Source: Candidatus Micrarchaeota archaeon (GTDB lineage Archaea > Micrarchaeota > Micrarchaeia > Micrarchaeales > CABMGC01). From it: a stretch of 64,000 nt of DNA. The first letter of the stretch is position 1, and every line of letters begins with the position of its first letter. A program made the translations under genes and the position numbers. Below the pieces are notes generated by a model, which worked only from the letters and a program-made list of their open reading frames with translations, was not told where the DNA came from and searched no databases. The stretch covers positions 187,695-251,694 of the forward strand of contig JAGWHC010000001.1 in NCBI GenBank assembly GCA_028867025.1, written 5' to 3'. Positions 25,697 through 33,829 of this stretch are shown piece after piece.

Positions 25697-26048
25697 AGCT
25701 AACCACCAAAAGATAAGCGTTTCCCGAGATCGTGGTCAGCCTGCACACGGTATTGGAATTACCGCACTGCTGGATGCTGCCCTGGTTGAGAATCTGGGAC
25801 GAAAGGCCGTACTTTGCTGAGATGCCGCCCGCGAGCTGCAGTGCTGTGGAATAGTTGTACGCGCCATTGTCTATGGCCTGGGAGATCTGCTGCGAAGCCA
25901 CGAGCGCGTTCAGCCTTGGGCCCCGCGAGCTGCCGAGAGCGAGCAGGTAGCTCTGCGTGCCCCTCATGCTCGAGAAAAGGAAGATCATGGCTACACTGAG
26001 TATCGGCAGTGCGATGAGCATGTCAAGCGAGATTATGAATATCTTCAT
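25680..26048 (-). CDS. pilin-like protein with N-terminal hydrophobic helix
   Basis: MKIFIISLDMLIALPILSVAMIFLF; overlaps the next gene by 17 nt; signal-peptide motif less canonical. Confidence 0.55.
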   Translation of the reverse strand: MKIFIISLDMLIALPILSVAMIFLFSSMRGTQSYLLALGSSRGPRLNALVASQQISQAIDNGAYNYSTALQLAGGISAKYGLSSQILNQGSIQQCGNSNTVCRLTTISGNAYLLVVSYEGAS

Positions 26049-26052
26049 GGGC

Positions 26053-26229
26053 TCACCCGGCGGCCAGCCTTGCGGGGTAGGAACTTACGGCGCCGGAGAT
26101 GCTTGAAAGCGCTCTTTGCGTGTCAGAGATGAGGGAGCGCGAACCTGAGAAATAGCTGAGCAGCGTCAGCGCAACCAGGAGCGTGAGCGCCATGCCTATC
26201 AGGACTTCAATTGAGAGCTGCGCTTTCAT
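26053..26229 (-). CDS. small type IV pilin-like protein (58 aa), first gene of the cluster
   Basis: Below the track cutoff. Hand translation: MKAQLSIEVLIGMALTLLVALTLLSYFSGSRSLISDTQRALSSISGAVSSYPARLAAG. Confidence 0.65.
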   Translation of the reverse strand: MKAQLSIEVLIGMALTLLVALTLLSYFSGSRSLISDTQRALSSISGAVSSYPARLAAG

Positions 26230-26399
26230 TCGAGGACCTGTGGGAGAGGCGGCTTTCGCCGCCCCTGCATCTGGGTGATCGTTGGGTTTTCCCCAACAAG
26301 TATGTTATGCGGGTTAAAACTTATATTCCTTTTCCTAAACTTGTAGATAAGTATATAAGCTTTGACTTGTATAAAGGAAGCAGGTAAGAGCGTAGGTCA

Positions 26400-26746
26400 A
26401 TCGCTATAGAAAAGTGACATGGCGAAAGCCATCGGCATAAGCCGCTCCTGCTTCTGGGTGAAAAAGATGAGCGTGAGTGGAAAGCATGGACAGGGAAGGA
26501 CAGGGTCTGAGGTTGCGTGCAGTACGAGCAGTCTTGAGGAGATCGTGCATACGATCGTCGAGCTCGCCGGCATGTGTGCGGAAAGCGCACGCGCGGGCGG
26601 AGATGCTTGGTACGAGGTGAGTGTGTATGTGCATCCGAGAGGGCTGCGCTACCAGGTGCAAAGGCACGGTTCTGTCGTTGGCGGGAACAGCCCGCCACCT
26701 GCCCTGCAGGAAAGAAATTTTGATTTGCTGCATGCAAAATAGCATT
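26400..26746 (+). other. unassigned: candidate structured RNA or 107-aa ORF (26419..26742)
   Basis: GC-rich stretch with several local hairpins and a long-range pairing; the ORF has an atypical His codon choice (CAT 4, CAC 1); see findings. Confidence 0.3.
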
Positions 26747-27127
26747 ATGGGAAGTGGAAAAGTGAGAAAGGTATTTGTGACTGTAGAAGTGACAAACGTC
26801 AACTCGAATAGTTTTACCAAGGTCAGAGCGCTCATTGATACGGGAGCTGACAATACAGTGATACCGAAAAGGCTGGCTGAGGATTTGGGCGTGAAGGTGA
26901 GAGATGAAACCTTTATCAGCACAGGCAACGGGCCGACGAAGGTTGGGGTAGGTGACATAAAGATATTTCTTAACGGCCAGTTTGCTTACAACACTGTCTG
27001 GATAAGCGACAAGGTAAACAAGGTCCTCATAGGAGTGGTGCTTCTGGAGCAACTTGGGCTAAAGGTTAACCCTGTCAAGGGGACACTTGAGAAGGAGCAG
27101 CAGGTCCTCTACGCTGTTTCCCGCTGA
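26747..27127 (+). CDS. retropepsin-like (clan AA) aspartic protease
   Basis: ALIDTGADNTVIP (DTG active-site motif), about 126 aa; ATG 26747 chosen because upstream residues of ORF 26621 are Cys-rich and look non-coding. Confidence 0.8.
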   Translation: MGSGKVRKVFVTVEVTNVNSNSFTKVRALIDTGADNTVIPKRLAEDLGVKVRDETFISTGNGPTKVGVGDIKIFLNGQFAYNTVWISDKVNKVLIGVVLLEQLGLKVNPVKGTLEKEQQVLYAVSR

Positions 27128-27181
27128 GCCTCACGCCAAAGCTTAAATAAGCGCTTTTTCTCATTGGAATACGGCACTTAG

Positions 27182-28054
27182 ATGCGGACCGGGGAGCTAG
27201 AAAGCGAGGCCAAGCAGGCCAAAGCCAAGGCAAAAGAGGAGCTCAGCAAGCTTGAGCGCGTTGCCTCCAAGGCAGACGAACTCCTGGGCGGCGCATTCAT
27301 GATGGGCAGGAGCACGAAGCTGGGGAAGACGAACATGGGCCCGCAGAAGCTCGCGAGAAGGATAAGCGGCATAAAGGGAGCGCAGAAGCTCGGGAACGCG
27401 CTTGTCATGTCGCTGCGCGCCTCAAATGAGAGCGAGGTGCATATCGAGGCTGAGGTGCACGAGCAGCTGGTACAGGCAAAGGAAACAGGAGAATACGAGA
27501 GCATGATGCTTTACGCAGTTAACTCCGCAAGGAGCGAATGGCTCGGGGAGGGCAAGGTGGCACTGGGACCAGGCAGCATAGCAGACTTCGAGTACGGCGG
27601 TTATGGCAAGCACCTGAACGAGCTGCTGGACGAGGCGAACAAGATAGCGGCTGAGAGGAAGATAAGGATAGACAAGATAAGCAGGGAGCAGGAGGTGACC
27701 GAGAGCGAGAAGATGGGCTACATGGTGGTCAGCACCATCCTGGGCGAGCTGAAGAGCGACGCGAAGACGCTTCGCAAGGAGGTGCTCACCGGCCGGGTGA
27801 TCTACGAGAAGTCGGTGATGGTGATGGAATATCTTGGCGAGCGGCCTATACTTTACGCAGACCCGTTCGGCAGGCAGCCTGAGGAGGCTGTGCGGGACTT
27901 CATGGGGCGCATTGACATGATAGGCGTGGATTCGCTCATGGAAGAGGTGGACGGAGGGCAGGAGCTCATTTCCGCCGTGTACATGCTGATAGGCCAGGCA
28001 GCGAACGACACAGCGGCGAGGAAGAGAGGCAGGTCTCTGCCTCCGTATCAGTAG
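27182..28054 (+). CDS. hypothetical protein (290 aa), coiled-coil N-terminus
   Basis: ORF track; no motif recognised. Confidence 0.6.
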   Translation: MRTGELESEAKQAKAKAKEELSKLERVASKADELLGGAFMMGRSTKLGKTNMGPQKLARRISGIKGAQKLGNALVMSLRASNESEVHIEAEVHEQLVQAKETGEYESMMLYAVNSARSEWLGEGKVALGPGSIADFEYGGYGKHLNELLDEANKIAAERKIRIDKISREQEVTESEKMGYMVVSTILGELKSDAKTLRKEVLTGRVIYEKSVMVMEYLGERPILYADPFGRQPEEAVRDFMGRIDMIGVDSLMEEVDGGQELISAVYMLIGQAANDTAARKRGRSLPPYQ

Positions 28055-28128
28055 CCGCGAAACGTATCTGCAGGCAAGTGTTAAATACGTAGGAATTGCA
28101 ATCTTTTTTCACCGTTTCAGGGGGAATA

Positions 28129-29526
28129 ATGTCTGAAGTAAGGCAGGAACCGATATGCGAGCACTGCGGCAGCAAGAGATGGGTGCACGACTACGAGAGC
28201 GGCGAGGCAATCTGCAGCAACGGCCACGTGAGGAAAGAGAACACCTATTCGGGCCCGGTGCGCGCTGAGGACCCGGCAACTGGGGAGAAGGGCATGCAGT
28301 TCGGCACCCCGGAGTCGATAACAACGCACGACATGGGCCTTGCTACCAAGATAGGCTGGAACAACGTCGACGCCCAGGGAGTCCACATCACGGGCGAGAT
28401 GAGATCCACGCTTGAAAGGATGCGAAAGTGGGACGCAAGGAGCCAGGTAAACGAGCCCCAGGACAAGAACCTCAGGCAGGCGATGGTCGAGCTTGACAGG
28501 TACGCGGACAAGCTGCACGTTCCGCAAGCTGCAAAGGAGAAGGCCGCTTACCTGTACAGGAAGGCTCTGGAGCGCGGTGTCATCCGCGGGAGATCTATCA
28601 CCGGCATGATGGCCGCGTCTCTCTATGCCTCGAGCAAGGACATGGGAAGGACGCTCAAGGACGTCTCAGAAGTCACCGGGGTCAAGAAGAAGGACATAGC
28701 GAGAGACTACAGGACGCTCTTCTGGGAGACCGACATGAAGGCGCAGGTCGACGACGTCACCAGGGCCATTTCCAAGGTGGGATCGCTTGCGGGAGTGAAG
28801 GAGAGCACGAAAAGGATAGCGATTGAGAGATACAGGGAGGCAAAGGAGAAGGAAAAGCAGGGCGTGATCGCGGGAAAGAACTCGATGGGGCTTGCTGCAT
28901 CGCTTCTCTACATCGCCTGCAACCAGAACGGCGATCTGAAGACACAGAAGGAGCTTGCGGAGGCTGCGGGTGTGACAGAGGTGACTGTGAGGAACAGGTA
29001 CAAGGGCCTGCGGGCTGACATGGGATGGAAGGACGTCAAAATAGAGAGCTCTTTGAACGGGGACTATGAAAAACCCGCAGAGACTCGTTCCAACGACCTT
29101 GCCGCTCTGCGCAGAGATAAAGATACTGGAGAATACGCGGGGACGGACAGGGCGGGGCGCATCGAGAAGGATATCAAGAAGCTTGTTTACGCGATCGACG
29201 ACCTCGAGCGCGGCGAGACAGACAAGATGATAGGCAGGGCTGTGAAGGAGCTCAGGGGAACCGACCTTGGCAAGCTGCCAGACGGGATAGACGACGATGT
29301 GGTGGCATCGGCATTCGTGTTCGGGGCAGGCCGCGGGAGGACGTCTGCAGGAGAAAGGCTCGCGGGCGATCTCGCGGAGCTGGTCAGCATGGGCAAGATG
29401 AAGGGCGTTGACGGGGATCAGATACGGTCGCTGTGGGAGGACATCAAGAGGAGCACGTACCTTGAAACGGCTACCGCTTCAGTACTGAGACAGAGGAGTC
29501 AGGCGAAGAAGAGATTAAGGAACTAG
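28129..29526 (+). CDS. tfb: transcription initiation factor TFB (TFIIB) with about 170-aa C-terminal extension
   Basis: Zn ribbon CEHCGS...CSNGHV, two cyclin-fold repeats, and TEVTVRNRYKGL (which normally lies near the C-terminus). Confidence 0.9.
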   Translation: MSEVRQEPICEHCGSKRWVHDYESGEAICSNGHVRKENTYSGPVRAEDPATGEKGMQFGTPESITTHDMGLATKIGWNNVDAQGVHITGEMRSTLERMRKWDARSQVNEPQDKNLRQAMVELDRYADKLHVPQAAKEKAAYLYRKALERGVIRGRSITGMMAASLYASSKDMGRTLKDVSEVTGVKKKDIARDYRTLFWETDMKAQVDDVTRAISKVGSLAGVKESTKRIAIERYREAKEKEKQGVIAGKNSMGLAASLLYIACNQNGDLKTQKELAEAAGVTEVTVRNRYKGLRADMGWKDVKIESSLNGDYEKPAETRSNDLAALRRDKDTGEYAGTDRAGRIEKDIKKLVYAIDDLERGETDKMIGRAVKELRGTDLGKLPDGIDDDVVASAFVFGAGRGRTSAGERLAGDLAELVSMGKMKGVDGDQIRSLWEDIKRSTYLETATASVLRQRSQAKKRLRN

Positions 29527-30476
29527 TTCTCGCTCCACTCCTTTGCAACGTCGCTCGCAACCGGAGGCAACCTCCTGGAATTCCTGATCGCCTCGCTTAT
29601 CTTATTAAATTGGGCCTTGTGCTCGGAAAACATCCCGATCATGCTGGGCCACTCTGTGCTGAGGTTCAGCGCTTTTGTCTTGCACTGCTGGTCCGAGAAG
29701 AACATGCCTATCTCCCATTTGAGCTCGGTCTTTGTGAAAGTTTGCAGGTATGCGGATGCGAATATGTCGCCGAGCAGCACCGACTGGAGATCTGGGGCTT
29801 TTGTTCTGCCGTTCAGGCTGTCGAGGAATCTCAGCGTGTATTCGCCGAAGTTTCCGCCCTGCTTGAGATTCTCTGCAGCCCTCTGGACCTCAACCCACGT
29901 GTCTATGTATCGCAGCCGTGCATCTGTCTCGGCCTTTATGACGTTTTCAGAGTCGACAGAAAGGAGGGTCTCCAGATAGGGCTTTGCAAACCTCCGCCAT
30001 TTTTTACCTTCGCTGTTCTCATCATGAAGTACGATGAGCGACGCTATCTTGAGCAGCCCATAGGCGATCGCGGGCCCTTCGGTGGCATCAACCATGAGGC
30101 GCACAGGGTTTTCTTCTTTCTTCGTGCTCTGCATGAAAGAGATGACCTCGTTCACGCTAAGTTCCCCGGATGTGGCTATGAGCTCTTTGGTGAGCGCCCT
30201 TGAGATACCGTAAACCAGCAGGTATGATGCGAAACGGTTCGGCACGTTCTTGCTGTTTTCTATGAGGCTCTTGTACACTCTGGAGTTTACGAGAATTTCC
30301 TGCGTGTTGGGGTCTATTAGCTGGCCGCGCTCCTGACCCTCCATTACGACCATCGGCTCGAATCTTATCTTGTAGTGCTCCACGTCGCTCTCTACGAGGT
30401 CGCCGGTATAGCGCAGCGCCCTGCGCAAGGAAATCGCGAGCTCTGCCTTCTCTCCCCGCTCCAGCAGCGCCTGCAT
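29523..30476 (-). CDS. hypothetical protein (317 aa), paralog of 30538..31299
   Basis: ORF track; shares MQALLE, ILVNSRVY/VTISREAY, ENS and RFLDSLNGR/GFLQRFDPNR blocks with its neighbour. Confidence 0.65.
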   Translation of the reverse strand: MQALLERGEKAELAISLRRALRYTGDLVESDVEHYKIRFEPMVVMEGQERGQLIDPNTQEILVNSRVYKSLIENSKNVPNRFASYLLVYGISRALTKELIATSGELSVNEVISFMQSTKKEENPVRLMVDATEGPAIAYGLLKIASLIVLHDENSEGKKWRRFAKPYLETLLSVDSENVIKAETDARLRYIDTWVEVQRAAENLKQGGNFGEYTLRFLDSLNGRTKAPDLQSVLLGDIFASAYLQTFTKTELKWEIGMFFSDQQCKTKALNLSTEWPSMIGMFSEHKAQFNKISEAIRNSRRLPPVASDVAKEWSEN

Positions 30477-30537
30477 GCTTTCTTTCTACAAGCGTTCTGT
30501 ATTTATTCTTTTTCTACGGCTTCGTCTTTTGCTAAAG

Positions 30538-31299
30538 CTAGTTGTATCTCCAGTCCGGGTCGGACATTGCGTTCTCAAGCCCCTGCCTCCTGACAGAAAG
30601 CAGCTCATTGCCAAGCTGCTCTAGCTCGCGCTCGGTGTTCATGTATCCGCGTATGTTGGCGCTCACTGCCTCCTTGCTCGGCGAAAGCACAAGTGCCGCT
30701 ACGCTGGCCATTATCTCCGAATAGGCGACCTGGCTCTCCTCGTCGAGCTGCATCAGCTCGTTCATCCTGGGCTCTAGGTAGGGTATGAAGCTGTGCGTCG
30801 ACCTGAACGAATTCGTCGCGTCTATGGTCTCGCGGTTGGGGTCGAAGCGCTGCAAGAATCCGGGCATCCGGCTGTCCAGATCGCTTGCGCTCAGCGCAAG
30901 TATTGTTGTCATGTAGTTCGCTACGTGTTCACGCCAGCCGTCTTCGGCCCCCTTGATATCATATATGCAGCGCACGCTGAACAGCCTGCCGTATGCCTCT
31001 GTCATCAGCACCCACTCAGCCCTAGTTGCCGCGTCGATCTCCGGGTTGTTTATCTCATCGGGCACATGAGGGAAATGCTGCATCAGCGCAGTCTGGAACA
31101 TCTGCGCGCCAAGCACGTACATGCCAAGGCTTACGCCGTCCACCCTTCCGTACTCCTCGCTGTTCTCGTACGCCTCCCTGGATATGGTAACGCGGTCACT
31201 GCCAAGTTCCAGCAGGGCTTCGCCCGGGACGCTTTTCTCCACCGAGAATTCGCATCTGGTGAGGTCCATGCCTGTGTCTTCCTTCAGCAGCGCCGCCAT
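30538..31299 (-). CDS. hypothetical protein (253 aa), paralog of 29523..30476
   Basis: ORF track gives 30538..31434. Start moved to ATG 31299 (MAALLKEDTG) because it aligns with the paralog N-terminus MQALLERGE and removes a start-codon overlap with nfo. Confidence 0.6.
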   Translation of the reverse strand: MAALLKEDTGMDLTRCEFSVEKSVPGEALLELGSDRVTISREAYENSEEYGRVDGVSLGMYVLGAQMFQTALMQHFPHVPDEINNPEIDAATRAEWVLMTEAYGRLFSVRCIYDIKGAEDGWREHVANYMTTILALSASDLDSRMPGFLQRFDPNRETIDATNSFRSTHSFIPYLEPRMNELMQLDEESQVAYSEIMASVAALVLSPSKEAVSANIRGYMNTERELEQLGNELLSVRRQGLENAMSDPDWRYN

Positions 31300-31432
31300 C
31301 TTCCTCGCATATCCGACTATCTCCGAGTCCCTTGCCTTTTGGCCGTTCGCCCGCGCAAATATTCTCGTGTTCTCCCCGTCAGCTGCTGATGAAGATGCGG
31401 ATAATAAATAGCTTGCGCATAGATTCGTTCTC

Positions 31433-32272
31433 ATGGGAGGGGCGCCGCGGATAGGCTACCACGTATCAATAGCGGGAACGTACGACCTGGCGCTCGACCG
31501 CGCCAAGGAGATAGGATGCACGTGCATGCAGATATTCCCCAGCAACCCGCGCGGGTGGGCGGTGAAGGAGCTGAGCGAGAAAGAGATGTACAACTTCAGG
31601 GCGAAGGCCAAGGCCTTCGACATAAATCCGGTCTTTGTGCACATGCCCTATCTTCCGAACCTCGCATCGCCGAAGGATGATGTGTATGCGAAATCCAAGG
31701 AGGCGATGATAGAGGCATTGAGCAGGTGCAACGCGCTTGGCGCAAGATACCTGATAGTCCATCTCGGCAGCCACCTGGGCTTGGGGGCAGAGGCAGGAAG
31801 GGAGAGGGTCGCAGCTGCTGTGAACGAGATGGAGAGGCACGCGGGCAACGCCACCATACTGCTCGAGAACGAGGCCGGCCAGAGGAACAGCGTGGGCTCA
31901 AAGCTCGACGAGCTTGTCGACATCTACAACCGCGTGGGCCACAAGCAGATAGGTTTCTGCCTTGACACCTGCCATGTCTTCGCTGCCGGTTACGATATAA
32001 GCAAGCGGGAGGTGGCACAGGAGGTGACAGATACGCTTGGCATGGAGCGCATACACTGCCTGCACCTCAATGATGCGAAGTATCCGCTTGGCTCAGGGTT
32101 GGACAGGCATGCGGACATAGGCTTCGGCCGCATAGGCAGGAGTGGCTTCGAGAATTTCTTCAAAGTGGACGGCATGAAGGAGAAGCCGATGATAATGGAG
32201 ACTCCGCTTGTGGAAACGCCTAGGGACGCGAAGGGCGAGCTGGCTCTGGTGAAGCGGATTCTGGAACCCTGA
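31433..32272 (+). CDS. nfo: deoxyribonuclease (endonuclease) IV
   Basis: IGYHVSIAG, HMPYLPNLAS, IVHLGSH, LLENEAG, CLDTCHVFAAGYD and HLNDAK motifs. Confidence 0.9.
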   Translation: MGGAPRIGYHVSIAGTYDLALDRAKEIGCTCMQIFPSNPRGWAVKELSEKEMYNFRAKAKAFDINPVFVHMPYLPNLASPKDDVYAKSKEAMIEALSRCNALGARYLIVHLGSHLGLGAEAGRERVAAAVNEMERHAGNATILLENEAGQRNSVGSKLDELVDIYNRVGHKQIGFCLDTCHVFAAGYDISKREVAQEVTDTLGMERIHCLHLNDAKYPLGSGLDRHADIGFGRIGRSGFENFFKVDGMKEKPMIMETPLVETPRDAKGELALVKRILEP

Positions 32273-32864
32273 CGAACGTGAACGCGTAGCTCGCAGCCTC
32301 GGCCTCATTCTCCTCCTCTTCGGGGTCGAAGTCAAGGCCGTCCATTAGTATGTAGCCCTTCATGCTCTTCGAAACGCCATTTATGACCTGCTCGGCGGCC
32401 CAGCGTATCGGAAAGCTCTTCGTCTCGCGGAGCCCCAGCGAGGGGTCGAAGACCATAGTGCACGGCTCCAGCTTCGGGACCAGGTCGTCGCCCGAGGTCA
32501 GCAGGTAAGCGGTGAACCTCATGCCAGCGTAGTTCTCGTTCATCGAGGGCGGCTCGTAGTAGGCCTCGATACGCACCTCCTGCGCCGATACCCTGCCCGT
32601 GACGTTGTCCATTATGTCGTAGCCCAGATGCTGGCCGAAGACCGGCAGCCCCTCCGCATCAGTGATGGCAATCGCGCCCATCTGCTCTGCGTGGCGCCTT
32701 GTCCTGCCTATGCGCTCTATCATCTCTGTGCTAAGGTGTAGCTCCTTCCCGCGCACAGAGTCGCTCAGCTCGACGACTTTTATAGAATAATCCTGCTCCT
32801 GGCGCTGCGCTTTTGCGCGGAACCTGTTCTGGTCCTCCCCAACCAAAATATCCCCGGAATCCAT
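32220..32864 (-). CDS. hypothetical protein (214 aa), acidic C-terminal region
   Basis: ORF track 32220..32951. ATG 32864 chosen (own TATA aatttatttaaat upstream; avoids overlap with the upstream gene). 3' end overlaps nfo by 53 nt, convergent. Confidence 0.55.
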   Translation of the reverse strand: MDSGDILVGEDQNRFRAKAQRQEQDYSIKVVELSDSVRGKELHLSTEMIERIGRTRRHAEQMGAIAITDAEGLPVFGQHLGYDIMDNVTGRVSAQEVRIEAYYEPPSMNENYAGMRFTAYLLTSGDDLVPKLEPCTMVFDPSLGLRETKSFPIRWAAEQVINGVSKSMKGYILMDGLDFDPEEEENEAEAASYAFTFVRVPESASPEPARPSRP

Positions 32865-32901
32865 TTGTTTCTGCCATTTAAATAAATTAAGGTTAGGCCA
32901 G

Positions 32902-33462
32902 CTACGAAAGAATCTCCACTTCGGCTTCTGCCTGCAGCGATTCGCTTGCACCTTTCTTTATCCCGATTATCAGCCCGTCTATGGCATCGGTGGCCGAGTC
33001 GCCCGTTATCTCTCGCTTGAACTCGAACGGACCGACGACGACCGCGCGGAAGGCTTTGCTTTCCAGGCCAGGATAGCCTATCAGCTCCTCTCTCACCATG
33101 CCCCCATAGCTGTCAACGAACCTGTCATACTTCTCCTTTGAGTAGAAGAATGCAAGGTAAACGTGCAGGCTGTCGCCCTCATCAGTCTGTTTTATCCCAG
33201 CCACGACCTTGTCAGGCTTGCCCGAGTCTTCGAGAAGCAGGCTCGCGCCGATGACCATCTTCCTGCCTACTGAATGCGGCAGGTAATCGTCTTCTATGCC
33301 GCGCCTGATAAGCAGGAGAGAGGTAAGCGATTCGCGGTCAGAATGCGCTATCTGGTCAGGCCTAATCACCTGCGTGCGCGCCCACGCCCCTTCATGATTG
33401 AGCATGACGTTGAGTTGACCCTCCAGTCCTTTGGTCTCGTCGGTGGCCTTGGTGGCTGCCAT
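32902..33462 (-). CDS. hypothetical protein (186 aa)
   Basis: ORF track (GTG 33471); ATG 33462 preferred; no motif recognised. Confidence 0.55.
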   Translation of the reverse strand: MAATKATDETKGLEGQLNVMLNHEGAWARTQVIRPDQIAHSDRESLTSLLLIRRGIEDDYLPHSVGRKMVIGASLLLEDSGKPDKVVAGIKQTDEGDSLHVYLAFFYSKEKYDRFVDSYGGMVREELIGYPGLESKAFRAVVVGPFEFKREITGDSATDAIDGLIIGIKKGASESLQAEAEVEILS

Positions 33463-33503
33463 GATAAACACTTGTTCTAGGAGTTTTTAAGTATTGACTT
33501 TAG

Positions 33504-33776
33504 CTACTGCCAGTCCTTGTTCTTCGGCCACTTCTTCCACATCTGGCCCTTGAACTGCCTCATACCCTGCCTCATCCAGACCATCCAGAGTATGGAAACG
33601 AGAGTGCCCGCAGACACGAGCACCACAATCAGCACCACGAGCTTCTGAAAGAGGCTGTAGCCGCTGGCGTAGAAGCCTATGAAGAGCAGCGAGGCGATGA
33701 GGAAGAGGGCGATTATCACGACTGTCGCTATTCCCCGCCAGGCCATGTATCCGTACAGCTTGCTCATCTGGTCCAT
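33504..33776 (-). CDS. small membrane protein with three hydrophobic segments (90 aa)
   Basis: Hydrophobic segments IATVVIIALFLIASLLFIGFY and LVVLIVVLVSAGTLVSILWMVW; basic C-terminus. Confidence 0.55.
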   Translation of the reverse strand: MDQMSKLYGYMAWRGIATVVIIALFLIASLLFIGFYASGYSLFQKLVVLIVVLVSAGTLVSILWMVWMRQGMRQFKGQMWKKWPKNKDWQ

Positions 33777-33829
33777 GCTTGTATTGCTGCGGCAAGGTAT
33801 AAACAGCTTGCCAAGAATCCGGTGATTTT

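Noticed and set aside
26400-26746. Definite assignment of the GC-rich gap as RNase P RNA or SRP RNA
   Set aside because: Only partial matches to CR-I/CR-V or to helix-8 motifs were found on either strand. I kept it as an open question in the findings rather than as an ncRNA call.
31431-31436. Divergent start codons of nfo and the 298-aa ORF overlapping on a palindromic CATG, which would force each promoter inside the other gene
   Set aside because: The first 45 residues of the 298-aa ORF look non-coding. The internal Met (ATG 31299, MAALLKEDTG) aligns with the paralog N-terminus MQALLERGE. Using it restores a 133-bp spacer containing a TATA (ataataaatag) for nfo.
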